The notes: generated from the letters alone by a model not told the origin. Counted from the first letter of the whole stretch, positions 24,587 to 38,066 are shown. The stretch is DNA of 63,397 nt, filler included, from Pirum gemmata (GCA_002812295.1; 25 parts of 25 records of this genome joined end to end with filler, not necessarily neighbours in it); one strand, 5' to 3'. Translations and numbers: made by a program.

Positions 24587-24798
24587 TATCAACTCAACAA
24601 CCCTGATAATACTAGTAGCTAGGAGACTATATTTTTTGTTTTCAATGTATGTATTATTATTTTGTTTCTTTACTTTTCTATTCCCTTTCTACTATATGTT
24701 TTATTATTTATTATAAATATCAATAACTAATATAATAATAATAGCAATGACTTTAATATAGATAGTTATTTTTTTAGTTTGTTTTGATAAGCTTCATA

Positions 24799-24959
24799 TC
24801 GTCTATACCATTACAGTTGTCCTCTCAATCTTTAATTTGGTGCTGTTAAAGTGTATAATTGAACTTTTTTATAAAATTCAAACATTAAGTATAAAATACC
24901 AAACTAATTGAAACATGCCTTTCAGTTTTTGAACTGGACAACACTATTGAAAAACAAGA
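24799..24959 (-). mobile_element. MITE family C copy
   Basis: Reverse complement of 47084-47269, flanked by TA. Confidence 0.8.
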
Positions 24960-25432
24960 TATTAATACATAGTAGACAGTAGTAAACAGTTTATTATATT
25001 ATACCATACACTTTCTTTTCCTTCAAAAGCCCTACTTCGTAGGGCTGGTTAATTAGTAAATAAGCAAAATTTATCATTCGTTTGCTCGATCTTTTTTCTC
25101 ACTCGTTCCCTTCGCTTTGAACTTCGTTCGAAAAAATTCGAGCCAGACTCCTTCAATTTTTTCGGCACAGTCGGCTATTAAAAAATTCGATGAAGTAACC
25201 TATAGTTTATTAAAGCCACGAACGAGCTCGTCGCGAGGAGGGGTTGACCCCATTTCTCCATTCAATTATAGAAAAACATTTTCTTATTTGTATTACAATT
25301 TCTAATAATATGGATTTAATTTTAACATACAACGAACCAAAATCCAAAATCTGAAATAATTCGCTCATGAATAATCGAAAAAAAAAAATATCATTTCAAA
25401 ATTGTCACTATTGAATAATTAGGATCGCGCTG

Positions 25433-25662
25433 GGAGATGCGGGAATAACCATCGAATCGAGACTAGTTCGAAACTTTCGAAACTTTCGATCTAATTTGAA
25501 GAACTGACTCCTTTTTGATTTCATTAAAATTTTTTTAAAAGATTCTTAGACATTTCATAGAAAAACTTGAAACTCGAAAAAAAAAGAATATCATTTCAAA
25601 ATTGTCACTATTAAATAATTAGGATCGAGCTGTTTGATTCGGTTATGTTTTCCCGTATCTCC
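25433..25662 (+). mobile_element. MITE family E full copy inserted into another family E copy
   Basis: Both TIRs present. The left flank is the internal family E segment TAATTAGGATCGCG-CTG. Confidence 0.8.
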
Positions 25663-26494
25663 CAGTTCGAATAGGGTTTTTTTTTTTCGATTTTTTTTTA
25701 TTTTAATGCGACTTTTTTTCTCTTTTTTTTTACTTTTTTAGATTCTTGGACATTTCATAGAAAAACTTGAAACTCGAAAAAAAAAATCATTTCAAAATTG
25801 TCACTATTTAATACTTAGGGTTGAGCTGTTTGGTTCGATTATGTTTTCCAGCATCTCCCTGTTAAATCAATCCAACTATTAATATGGGGGCAAAAACACA
25901 GAAATTAATTATCATTTCTTGGATTAAAATTTCTAACCAAACTAAAATTCTACCCATTCAACTTTAAATAATGGTTAAAATAGGAAAATTCGTATTTATC
26001 GACCAAACATTTTCTATTATTATTATATTATTATTATTATTATTANNNNNNNNNNNNNNNNNNNNNNNNNNNNNNNNNNNNNNNNNNNNTTAATTAATTA
26101 ANNNNNNNNNNNNNNNNNNNNNNNNNNNNNNNNNNNNNNNNNNNNATAATAATAATAATAACCAAAAAGACGAAAACGACAAAAACGACAACGACAAAAA
26201 CGACAACGACAAAAACGACAACGACAAAAACGACAACGACAAAAACGATAACAACAAAAACAACAATTATTATGAGGAAATGAAAAAGTTGACAATAATG
26301 ATCACTAAATACCAAAAAATAACAATAAACACTAAGAAATACCAACAAACATTCATAATAAGTAAAGTAAAGTGAAGATTCAAAACAATAACAACGCTTT
26401 CACAATTAGAATAACAACCAAACAAACAAATAAATAAATAAATAATGCTTTCACGATTATAATAACAAATAAATAATTAAATAAATAAACTTAC

Positions 26495-26589
26495 ATGGAC
26501 GATTGTTTAGGAGTGAGCAGCCTCGACTGAATTTCAGCAGTCGAGGCGCAGGATATCAAATTCTCAATATTAGGTTTAAACGAAACCAT
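26495..26589 (-). CDS. Candidate first coding exon (MVSFKPNIENLISCASTAEIQSRLLTPKQSS), product unknown
   Basis: ATG to a canonical GTAAGT donor; GC-richer island. Confidence 0.45.
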
Positions 26590-26970
26590 TGAGCAAAAAA
26601 TAAGTGAAAAGACCAGAAAAAATGAATTTGGAAATAGACGTGTAAACAACACGAAAATCAATTTATTTTTTTAAAAAAAAGAAATCAGCAAGCGAAGAAA
26701 GAAAAACAGACAGAATAAACAAAATTGTAACAAAAGAAAAAGAAAATGAAAGAAAGAATAAAATTGGTTATATACTATAATAAATAAACGTAATAAAGTA
26801 AAATCTTGATTTTTACAAATAAAATGATAATATTATATGATCGAGTGATTCGAATCTAATAATATTATATGATCGAGTGATTCGAATCTACTGATGGAAA
26901 AAAAGTGAAAAAAAAGTGAAAAAAAAAAAATAATAACCAACAAGAAAACAAAACAAGGAAAACAAGAAAA

Positions 26971-27026
<56 letters not shown>

Positions 27027-27649
27027 GAAAAATACCGGAAATATGAAAAACAAAACTTTTCCTGCTCTTTCCTGCTCTTTTTTATTACTGTTTTACTATC
27101 ATTACAGTCTTCCAGTACCGGTAGTGCAGGGAAAATATAATATTTATTAAAATGCAGGAAAAATGCAGGGAATCTTGGGGCGCAAAAAAATGCATAAAAG
27201 GAAAAAAAGTTATTTGCAATAGAAGGGTGCTAATGACGTATAATGTCTAAAAAAAAATATTTAAAAAATTGATCGAGCTTGATTTTAATTATTAAGAAAA
27301 GTATATATATAATTTTCGAATCGAATCTAAATTCCCTCTTAATTTGAACAACCAATTAAAGAACGACAATAACATGAAAAAAGCGGTTTTTTATTGGTTT
27401 CCGAAACTGGCTAACCCTAACCAATGAATCAGGCCAGTTAACAACATTTTAAGGTGTAATTAGAATATCCCATTCTATTTGCAAATTATAACACCTGTTT
27501 TGTAGGTCGATAATATTTCTATATTTAGTAATATGTATACTATTTTGGGAAATATTGCGTTATTTTGGTTCCAATAGTGTCGCTCATGTTTGATATGGTT
27601 AAGATTACAAGGTTTGGTTAGTGAGGTTAGGTCTATCGATAGCTAGTTA

Positions 27650-28001
27650 CGCGGTTACGGTTACGGTTACGGTTAGGGTTAGGGTTAGGGTTAGGGTTAC
27701 GGTTACGGTTAGGGTTAGGGTTAAGGTTAGGGTTACGGTTACGGTTAGGGTTAGGGTTAGGGTTAGGGTTAGGGTTAGGGTTAGGGTTAGGGTTAGGGTT
27801 AGNNNNNNNNNNNNNNNNNNNNNNNNNNNNNNNNNNNNNNNNNNNNNNNNNNNNNNNNNNNNNNNAGGGTTAGGGTTAGGGTTAGGGTTAGGGTTAGGGT
27901 TAGGGTTAGGGTTAGGGTTAGGGTTAGGGTTAGGGTTAGGGTTAGGGTTAATGTTAGGGTTAGAGGGTTAGGGTTAGAGTTAATAGGGTTAGGAATAGGG
28001 C
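27650..28001 (+). repeat. Interstitial telomeric array (TTACGG/TTAGGG) spanning a scaffold gap
   Basis: Direct inspection; unique sequence on both sides. Confidence 0.95.
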
Positions 28002-28925
28002 CATGGTTCACTCTTTTTGTCTAACACTCTGACTGGCCGGTTTTTTACCTTAAATGGTAAAATGTTCTTAATATGACAGTTTTGGAGGTGCCCTCCTTTT
28101 ATCATGTTTTTCCAGTTCAAAAACTGACCAAATTATTATTATAATTAAACTATCAGACATTTTTTAATTAATTTGGTAGTTTATACCTTAATTTTTTATT
28201 CTATAAAAAAGTTCAATTATACACTTAAACAGTACCGAATTAAAGACTGAGAGGGCAACTATTATGTGTTAGATGTGTGGTTAGGGGTTATCTATATTAT
28301 AACAACTTTTATATACATTATATTACTTTTCATTTATTTTATCACTCTGAATATTTATTTGGAGGGTTATAATATTTAAATTGACATTTTTAAATCAATA
28401 TATAGATAATAAAATANNNNNNNNNNNNNNNNNNNNNNNNNNNNNNNNNNNNNNNNNNNNTTAATTAATTAANNNNNNNNNNNNNNNNNNNNNNNNNNNN
28501 NNNNNNNNNNNNNNNNGGGGGGTAGTAGGGTAGGTTTTTGTCCCAAATCGGCGTTACGTAATTATTGAACGCTCCCTAACATAATAACAACACTAATCTA
28601 ATCTAGGCCTCAAAAAATAAAAAAAATAAAAAAAATAATTTGTCCAAAAATTATTTACCCTCAAACATAAAATAGAAGGAACACTAAGTAAAATAATATT
28701 AATATTTGCGAAGTTTATTATGAATTAAAAGGCGTTAAAAGATAGTATTCTTTATAACCAAATTCCTACCAGTACCCAACCGTCGCCCTAACCCATATTA
28801 TTGCCCTTACCTTAACCTTAATTAAAACCACCTAACAGTACCTGATCCTAATAAGAGTTTTTCAGGTCAATATTCCAGACTTATTACTCTGCTATTCCTA
28901 ATTTCCTAACTATTCCAGACTTATT

Positions 28926-29065
28926 CTAACCTTAACCCTAACCCTAACCCTAACTAACCTTAACCCTAACCCTAACCCTCTAACCCTAACCCTCTAACCC
29001 TAACCCTAACCCTAACCCTAACCCTAACCCTAACCCTAACCCTAACCCTAACCCTAACCCTAACC
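28926..29065 (-). repeat. (CCCTAA)n array adjoining a scaffold gap
   Basis: Direct inspection. Confidence 0.95.
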
Positions 29066-29191
29066 NNNNNNNNNNNNNNNNNNNNNNNNNNNNNNNNNNN
29101 NNNNNNNNNNNNNNNNNNNNNNNNNNNNNNNNNNNNNNNNNNNNNNNNNNNNNNNNNNNNNNNNNNNNNNTTTTTTTTTTTTTTTTTTTGA

Positions 29192-29447
29192 CAGCCAAGC
29201 CGGATAAAGCCGTAGAAATCATTTTTTTTTTAGACTTCTTTTCTAAAAACCTTTAAAATGCTCACTAGCCAAATTATTTTTAAAAATCTATAATAGCCAA
29301 ATTATTTTTAAAAACTAGCCATTGGTTCATGATAGAGCTTTATAAGTTTGAAGATTTCTCAAAATTTGGTAGTACTTATATTATAATTGGATCATTTTGA
29401 GATTTTTTGGATATGGAGGATGTCACCATTTTTGTCTGTCTTGGTAG
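29192..29447 (+). mobile_element. MITE family A near-complete copy (TTAA-like flanks within T-run/A-run)
   Basis: (T)nGA|CAGCCAAGCCGGATAAA ... TTTGTCTGTCTTGGTAG|TTAA(A)n. Other copies at ~23058-23272, 38385-38550, 45690-45806 and 59293-59430. Confidence 0.75.
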
Positions 29448-29780
29448 TTAAAAAAAAAAAAAAAAAAAAACACAAAAAATTATTCCTATGATTTCAGATC
29501 TTTTTTCTACTGTCAGTAAAAAGGGAGCATTCAAATACTGTGTAACGCCAATTTCCGGTCAAATACAGCTTCAAATACCCCTACCTACCTACCCCTCAAG
29601 GTTAGTATACATATATACATATATATATTCTCTAGGTTCAAAAGTTTTACTATGATATATTATTATTTTCTCAAAACTTTTTAAAACACAAATTTCGTTA
29701 TTATTATTTATATTGGATTGTATTTTAATGCTGGAGTTTGCTGGATAAGTTATAATATGGTTCCATATCATATAATATAT

Positions 29781-29852
<72 letters not shown>

Positions 29853-30140
29853 GTATCACCACTACTACTACTAGCACAGCTACTACTACCGTGATCCTAT
29901 TACTACTAGCTAGCTCCCCACTACTGGCATAGTTCAAAAATACAAAAATCTTAAAACAATCCAATTTTAAAACAAGTACTACCAAAAGGTATATGTATAG
30001 TACCATTAATATTCTAATATTACCCATACTACCCACACTACATTTTCGATATGTTATTATAATAGACTATCAATAGTTATATCAGATAAAATCTACAATG
30101 TCATAATTATAATTCATAAAATTACCACAGTAATAGTCTA

Positions 30141-30325
30141 TAGTGCTTTTCAGTTGTTTTGTCATCATAAAATAAACAATAAATAGTGCCAAATTAATAC
30201 AATATAAATCCATTTAATTTAATTTGGTATATTTTATTATCTATGTATTGATTTCAAAATGTCAATTTAAAGATTATAACCCTCCAAATAAATATTCAAA
30301 GTAACAAAATAAATGAAAAGCACAA
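30141..30325 (-). mobile_element. MITE family B complete copy, TA TSD
   Basis: TA|TAGTGCTTTTCAGTTGTTTTGTCA ... TAACAAAATAAATGAAAAGCACAA|TA. Confidence 0.85.
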
Positions 30326-31820
30326 TATAGAGAGATGCTTTACGATAGTATTCCAAAAAAAGAAACTCCAATTTTTTTTACGATAGTATTCCAAAAAAAG
30401 AAACTCCAATTTTTGTAATACAATGCTATCAGTCGCTCAATATTCAACAAATCAGTGCGGAGTTAAACTAATAGCGATTAACCATTGGCATAAATTACTT
30501 CACATGCTTTCAAAAAACTAGTTTCAAAAAATAACGTGTAGAATCTCGAGCTTTCAAATAATACGTCACATCAAGGGGTAGGTAGGTGGGTGGTATTTGA
30601 CCAGAAATTATCATAACGTCGAGACTCGAGAGGGGTAGGTAGGTAGGGGGTATTTGAAGCTGTATTTAACTGGTAGCTAGCTAGTAGTACTGTGCTTTTC
30701 AGTTGTTTTGTCATCAGAAAATATACAATAAAGAGTACCAAATTAATACAATATAAATCCATTTTATTTAATTTGGTATATTTTATTATCTATTTATTAA
30801 TTTAAAAATGACAATTTAAATACTANNNNNNNNNNNNNNNNNNNNNNNNNNNNNNNNNNNNNNNNNNNNTTAATTAATTAANNNNNNNNNNNNNNNNNNN
30901 NNNNNNNNNNNNNNNNNNNNNNNNNTTTTTAATATATAAAATTTTTTTATTCTTTTAATATTGAATTACTTTTTAATTTTTGTTTTTTTTTTTTTGAAAG
31001 TAGAGTATTGAATAGACTGTCTACATTATATAATTAAATTTTAATCGTACTAGACTACATGAGGCTATTTATTTTATTTATTTTATTTATTTTATTTATT
31101 TTATTTATTTTATTTATTTTATTGTATTACTTTAAACATGAACTGTAAGTCTGTAACATGGCCCTTTACAAGTAACAAATTACAATGTTTACACGGGGTT
31201 CTGAAAATTAAAATATGATTGAAAAGAAAATAGATAAAAATAATTTTAAAATTTTATTGGGATAAAGTAGAGTATTGCCTGAGATATATTAAATCTGATA
31301 AACGATATGGCAAACAGCTTTTAAAAACATCCTACTTTTGGGTTTCACTATAATTTTCAATTTTCGAACCATAAGTATTGTAATAGGTTTTTAAAATATT
31401 TTAAACATATGGAAAAAAAGCTAGGACTTTTTTAATTAGTAATAAAAGTAGGGGTTTTTTTGATTGCTTGCACCATATGGGAGGAGCGTTCACAGATCTC
31501 GTTCACAAATTACGAGTCCTTTTTTGCGGGTATTATTTATTATTTGTGGGTGGGGTAAAAAATCTAGGGTAAAAAACTACGTAATATAATATGGATATAT
31601 TGCTATGTTAGGTAACGTAATTTATGAACGCTTCTTTATGTGAAAACGTTTTCCGAATCATAATAATAATAATAATAAGAATAATAATAATAATAATAAT
31701 AATAATCATCATCATAATAATCACAATAATCATAATAATCATAATGATCATAATAATAATCATAATAATAATCATAATAATAATCATAATAATAATAATA
31801 AGAACAACAACAACAACAAC

Positions 31821-31868
<48 letters not shown>

Positions 31869-31914
31869 TATAATAATAATAATAATAATAATATTAATAT
31901 TAATAAAAAACTAG

Positions 31915-33067
31915 TACCAAAGTGTGGTGTTTATGGATTTAGAATGACAGAAGAGAAATTTTTGAGGCCAGCCTTAGGCCAAAATCGACCTTTTGACCCT
32001 GCTGGTGGTGATTATCATTGCAATAAACTCGATCTAAGTTCGTACAATATAAGAGGTTTTTACATATTGCTATTGTTTTTTGGTTGTTTGTTGGTTGTTG
32101 GTTGGTTGTTGGTTGGTTGTTGGTTGGTTGTTGGTTGGTTGTCTGTTGGTTGGTTGGTTGTTGGTTGTTAGTTGGTTGGTTGTTGGTTGCTGGTTGCTGG
32201 TTGGTTGTTTGTTGGTTGTTTGTTGGTTGTTGTTGGTTGTTGGTTGGTGGTTGTTGGTTGGTGGTTACTGGTTGTTGGTTGTTGGTTGTTGGTTGTTGGT
32301 TGTTGATTGTTGGTTGTTGGTTGTTGATTGTTGGGTGTTGATTGGGTGTTGGTTGGTTTTTGTTGGTTGTTTGTTGTTGGTTGTTGTTGGTTGTTATTGG
32401 TTGTTGGTTGTTGGTTGTTGGTTGTTGGTTGTTGGCTGTTGGTTATTGGTTATTGGTTATTGGTTGTTGGTTGTTGGTTGTTGGTTAGTATTATCGTTAT
32501 AATTCTATTATTTTCATATCGTTTGTTGGTTATTGGTTGTTGGTTTTTGCTTGTTGGTTGTTGTTTATTGTTTATTGTTTATTGTTTATTGTTTGTTGTT
32601 TGTTAGTGAGTTAGTATTACCATTATAATTCTATTATTTCCACATCTTACTCTAACCCTAACCCTAACCCTAACCCTAACCCTAACCCTAACCCTAACCC
32701 TAACCCTAACCCTAACCCTAACCCTAACCCTAACCCTAACAGTACCCTAACCCTAACCATAACTCTAACCCAAAATCCTAATTCTAACCCTAACACCCTA
32801 AACCCTAAACCCTAAACCCTAAACCCTAAACCCCAACCCTAACCCTAGCCCTAACCCAACCCTAACCCTGACCCTTACTCTTCTTTTAAATAAGGTTTTA
32901 GTTACGAAGAATTGAGTCAATATTTTAACGATGCCAAATTAACTTTTTCATCTTTAACTCTGGAACAAAATAATATATCATGTTGCTCTTTTTATGAGGA
33001 ATTAAATAAAATGATACAAGACAACAGTATTACGTATTCTTATACTGGAACTTGTTTTTTAAATGAG
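31915..33067 (+). CDS. Internal exons of a leucine-rich-repeat protein (31915-32055, 32895-33067)
   Basis: A phase-1 join gives PKCGVYGFRMTEEKFLRPALGQNRPFDPAGGDYHCNKLDLSSYNIRGFSYEELSQYFNDAKLTFSSLTLEQNNISCCSFYEELNKMIQDNSITYSYTGTCFLNE. It has two LRR-like units (LDLSSYNI, LTLEQNNI) and an LRRCT-like Cys cap. The donor is weak (GTTTTT). Confidence 0.55.
32080..32605. repeat. GTTG/GTT microsatellite (intronic)
   Basis: Direct inspection. It accounts for the ORFs between 32080 and 32606. Confidence 0.9.
32648..32876 (-). repeat. Intronic (CCCTAA)n with CCCTAAA variants
   Basis: The array ends ~20 nt before the acceptor at 32894. Confidence 0.95.
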
Positions 33068-33099
33068 GTTTGTTATTAATTATTAATTATTAGTTATTA

Positions 33100-33150
<51 letters not shown>

Positions 33151-33342
33151 CTTATTATTATTATTATTATTGTTATTATTATTGTTATTATTATTGTTAT
33201 TATTATTATTATAANNNNNNNNNNNNNNNNNNNNNNNNNNNNNNNNNNNNNNNNNNNNTTAATTAATTAANNNNNNNNNNNNNNNNNNNNNNNNNNNNNN
33301 NNNNNNNNNNNNNNATAATAATAATAATAATAATAATAATAC

Positions 33343-33743
33343 CTATCATAACAGTAAGATCTGCTTTAGAAAAGCCGTACGTTAAACGGCCAACTTTTGA
33401 TAATTCATCTTTAGCCCAAGGCGACAGCATCACCCACGCTAAAATTGTAAAAATTAAAAAGACAACACCTAAAAACAATATGTATAATAAATAACATCAA
33501 TACTTGAATGGATAGATGGTCATAAAATATATTTAATAATAACAATATCAATAACAATAATAACAATAGTATGATAGTAAAAATAATGTTGATATCGATA
33601 ATACAAAATAACTAGTAATGACCATAAGCAATCCTGGTTGCAGTCGAACTTGATAAGCCACACGAACGACAACAAACATTGCATGCGGCCGAAGTAACGC
33701 AAAACCCTGCTTGAGCTACCAAGCAACTCATTATTCCACCCAT
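33343..33743 (-). CDS. SERINC: Serine incorporator (SERINC/TMS1 family), first two exons (33743-33623, 33468-33343)
   Basis: Spliced MGGIMSCLVAQAGFCVTSAACNVCCRSCGLSSSTATRIAYGVVFLIFTILAWVMLSPWAKDELSK. The Cys-rich N-terminus, STATRIAY and WxMLxPWA are characteristic of the family. Exon phases are consistent. Confidence 0.88.
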
Positions 33744-33830
33744 AATTATATTCTACTACACTACTACTACTACTACTATATCAGCTGCTATTACTATTAC
33801 TGTTACTATTACTATTACTACTATTGTTAT

Positions 33831-33866
<36 letters not shown>

Positions 33867-33975
33867 AACTACTACAACTACTACTATAACTACTACTGCT
33901 ACTACTGCTACTACTACTGCTACTACTACTATTACTACTACTACTACCACTACTACTACTACCACTACTACTACT

Positions 33976-34060
<85 letters not shown>

Positions 34061-35098
34061 TTACTATTACTATTTCTACTACTATTAACTACTACTGTTA
34101 ATACTACAACTACCAATACTACAGTAACGCTTATAATGATAAATAATAAATAGATAACAAAAAATAAAATAAAAGATAAAATGATATAACTCAACAAGTA
34201 ATATGATAAATCGTGATATATATTGTGTGTAGACATCTTTGCCAGATTTGGGGTGTGTCTGGATGTCCCCTACCTTGTAGCACCCCTTCTATTAATATTC
34301 TACAGCCCATCATTTAAGGAGAGGAGAAATGATGAAAGCATTGCTCTAAATATGCATGCATAAAAAAAAAAAAAAGAAAATTTCGTCACCTAATCTTACC
34401 TATGCCTCTCTTTGTCCGAAACACTTTTGGTCATAAATTTAAAGTTCATTTTAATAATTAATTACTGCCTAAAATAGTTTAAGTCACGCTTTCAAGGAAT
34501 GACTTCTATCAAAGAATAAGTGACGGTCCTTTTGATATTTAATAGTTCTCTAGCTAGCTAGCTAGCTAGCTAGATAGCTAGCTAGGTCTACATTTTTCGT
34601 CAAAAAAGAAAACACGCATTGGTGCGCATTTTAAATAATCACAAGCGAAATTCCGCTCAGTCCTCAACCCTTTTAGTTTTAATCAAATTTCGAATCTGAA
34701 TTACGAGCATATATTGATTGCTTATAAATGTATTTAATTTGTTTGAAATCGAACATAAAAAGGTGAATTTGTGAAAGCGCAAAAGCCCGAATAAAATAAA
34801 ATAAAATAAAATAAAATAGAAGTGGTTGTTGATTGGCTAAAAAATATATACTTACAAATAAAATATTGATAAAAAAACAGTAAATTATTCGAAAATTTCG
34901 AGTTGATTTTTTTATTATCGGTATTTCCTTTTTTAGCAAACAATATACTTTTATGATTTTGATCGATTTTTTAAAAGCTAATCGATCTTGTTACATAATA
35001 AATTAGTTTTGTGGAGCCAATGTGGACTTATTGAATATCTCTAAATAATCAGATTTACCCACGTCTATAGCTTATTATGATATATAAACTCATTTACG

Positions 35099-35150
<52 letters not shown>

Positions 35151-35274
35151 TTACTACCACTACTATTACAATTACTACTACTATGATACTACTACTACCA
35201 CTACTACTACTGGTACTAGTACTACTATTATATATAGCTATAGCTACTACTACTACTTTATTATAATATATCCA

Positions 35275-35309
<35 letters not shown>

Positions 35310-35531
35310 TTATACTAGCGTACTACTACTACTATGATACTATTAATACTATATACTTCTACTACTACTACTACTACTACTACTTCTGCTACTACTAGTA
35401 CTATTACGATTACTTCTACTACTATTATAGCTACTACTACTATTACTAGTAGTAGTACTACTTCTACTACTTCTACTACTACTTCTATAGCTACTACTTC
35501 TATCATGCTACTATTAATACTATAGCTACTT

Positions 35532-35564
<33 letters not shown>

Positions 35565-35804
35565 NNNNNNNNNNNNNNNNNNNNNNNNNNNNNNNNNNNN
35601 NNNNNNNNTTAATTAATTAANNNNNNNNNNNNNNNNNNNNNNNNNNNNNNNNNNNNNNNNNNNNAAAAAAAAAAAAAAAAAAAAAAGAAAAAATTATAAT
35701 GTGACATTAAAACTTCAATTTTCATAAAAGCATTTTAAAATTTTCGAAAGAGACATTCTAATTATGTCGGTGTCGCGTTAATTAAAATTAACAAAGTGTG
35801 TTAA

Positions 35805-35998
35805 GTTAGGGTTAGGTTACGGGCAGTTAGGGTCAGATTTTTGCAGTAGACTAATGATATGAATTCCCTGATACTGAACCAGTGAACCTAGAGTGTACCA
35901 AGTTTGGGTTAGGGTTAGGGACTGTTAGGAACTGTTAGGGACTGTTAGGGCTAGGACTGGTTTGGTAAGGGTTAGGGGTTAGGGGGGTTAGGGTGGGG
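35805..35998 (+). repeat. Degenerate interstitial TTAGGG tracts
   Basis: Mixed TTAGGG and ACTGTTAGGG units. Confidence 0.75.
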
Positions 35999-37438
35999 CT
36001 TATGAATAAGAAATATGTGTTGGTTATCAACTTATTAACTGTTACTTAATTTTTTTATTGTAGTAATAGTAATAGTAATAATAATACCAATAGGAATATT
36101 ATTAGTAGTAGGCTTAGCTAATGTTATTCAAATTTCAAGGTACTGTAGCTAGCATAAGAATAACGATGCTATGTAATAACAAGAGAATAACAATAGTTTA
36201 ATGGTCTCTGTAATTTAGAAAAACATTGAAAAAACAAACAAAACAAAACAACGTTAACAAATCAGAAACAACAACACTTCTAAAACAAAACAAACAAAAC
36301 AAACGATTAAAACAACAAATAAAAACCACCACCACCACCGCCAACAGAATAATAATAATAATACATATTAATAGAAAAATAATAACAATAACAATTAATA
36401 TAATTTATAATAATAATAATACATAGAAAAATAAGAAAACAGTAACAATTTTTTAACTTCTACTTGTAAAACAAACCAAACGATTAAAACAACAAATAAA
36501 AACCACCACCACCACCGCCAACAGAATAATAGAAAAATAATAACAATAACAATTAATATAATTTATAATAATAATCATACATAGAAAAATAATAACAGTA
36601 ACAATTTTAATATAATATTATATACAATAACAATAGTAATAGTAATAATAATAATCGTAAATGCAACAATAAGAAATATTAGCACTCCAATTATTATAAA
36701 TGACACCAACTTAAAAAACTAGAGCACTTGTAGCTACTAGAGGCGTTGTTTTATTATTTATCTACTTACTAAATAATATTTATTTATGATGCAGAAAAAA
36801 TAAAAATAAAAATAAAATTACAACTTTTTAAAACCCCATTTATTCGCTAATTATGCACACCACATACCACTCAAGCCTGTAATAAGCCATTACAAGCCCT
36901 ACAAGCCATGGGTTTAGAATGAAAGGCTGTTTTACGTCATTTAGAATTTAGAATTTAAAAAATTGACCAATATGGCACTCCATTTTTCATATTTTCTTCG
37001 TAAAGCTGTAAAAGAAAGGTAAAAGAAGATAAAAGAACTGGAAAAGACTCAAAAGAAGCAAAAAAAAATAGGAATTGAAAATACAACGAATCAACACGAA
37101 TGAGAAAAATATGAACACGAATGAAAAAAAATCACGACTAAAAAAAAGTTAAAAAAAGGAAATGTTCAGATTATGTTTTCCACTAGAAAAAAGAAATGTC
37201 GTTTTGATGCGAGCTATAGATTCTGCCCATAATATTATTAAAATCCTTTATGAGTCATGACACTGTTATTAGTTTGAAAGTTCGAATATAAATACTTTTA
37301 ATAGATTTGAAAGTTTTTTTTTTGCGAAGGTTAAAAAATTCTTTTCCGTTTTTCTTTTTTTTTTAAAAAAAAAATTCCACACTAGAGCCTAGTCTAATTC
37401 TACCCCATTTTAAAAAATAATTAGAAGAACCACAACAA

Positions 37439-37635
37439 AACTAGGTCTCGGAGAAGGCAAAGTGATACAAACTGTTAAAATGCAATGCATATTTGAAAAA
37501 TACTACTAAATTTAAAAATATTGTACCATTAAGATTCAAATTACTAATTAACGCACCGTATTTGTGAAATATTACTATTTTATTACTATTTTAAGAGACT
37601 GCATATTTGGCAAATAGCTCTTTTTTAGGTAAACC
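37439..37635. repeat. ~190-bp repeat with a diverged inverted copy at ~39096-39289
   Basis: AACTAGGTCTCGGAGAAGGCAAAGTGATACAAACTGTTAA aligns with the reverse complement of TTAACAATTTGTATCACTTTGACCTCGCCAAGACTTAGTT, and the match continues to GCATATTT..AGCTC. Confidence 0.75.
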
Positions 37636-37927
37636 GCACCAATAAAGTTTCTTCTATAATTATGGCGGATTTATGCGGCTTGGTAATTAATAATAGTAAT
37701 AATAATAACTGAAAAAATAAAATATTTTATTGTTCACTTCGGTTTTTATTTTATTTTATTCAACATATTTTAAACAAGAAGGAAAAGGGGAAAAACCTAG
37801 AAAAAAGTATAAAAACCAGAAGTGTAAAAAAAAAAAAACAAAAAACAAAAAACAAAAATAATCACATGGAAAAAAATTTATATTTATAGTGTATTTGTAA
37901 TACATAACATTATAAATTGTAAAAATT

Positions 37928-37966
<39 letters not shown>

Positions 37967-38066
37967 AACAATAACAATAACAATAACAATNGTTTACAAA
38001 GAAAATTAAAACCCAACCCCAAAAATGGAGTGATACTGAATTTTGTGTTCAAAAATAATTCCCCTG

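Noticed and set aside
27621..28011. True chromosome end, or (VR)n/(LG)n/(LT)n proteins
   Set aside because: The array has unique DNA on both sides as assembled; the peptides are telomere-repeat translations.
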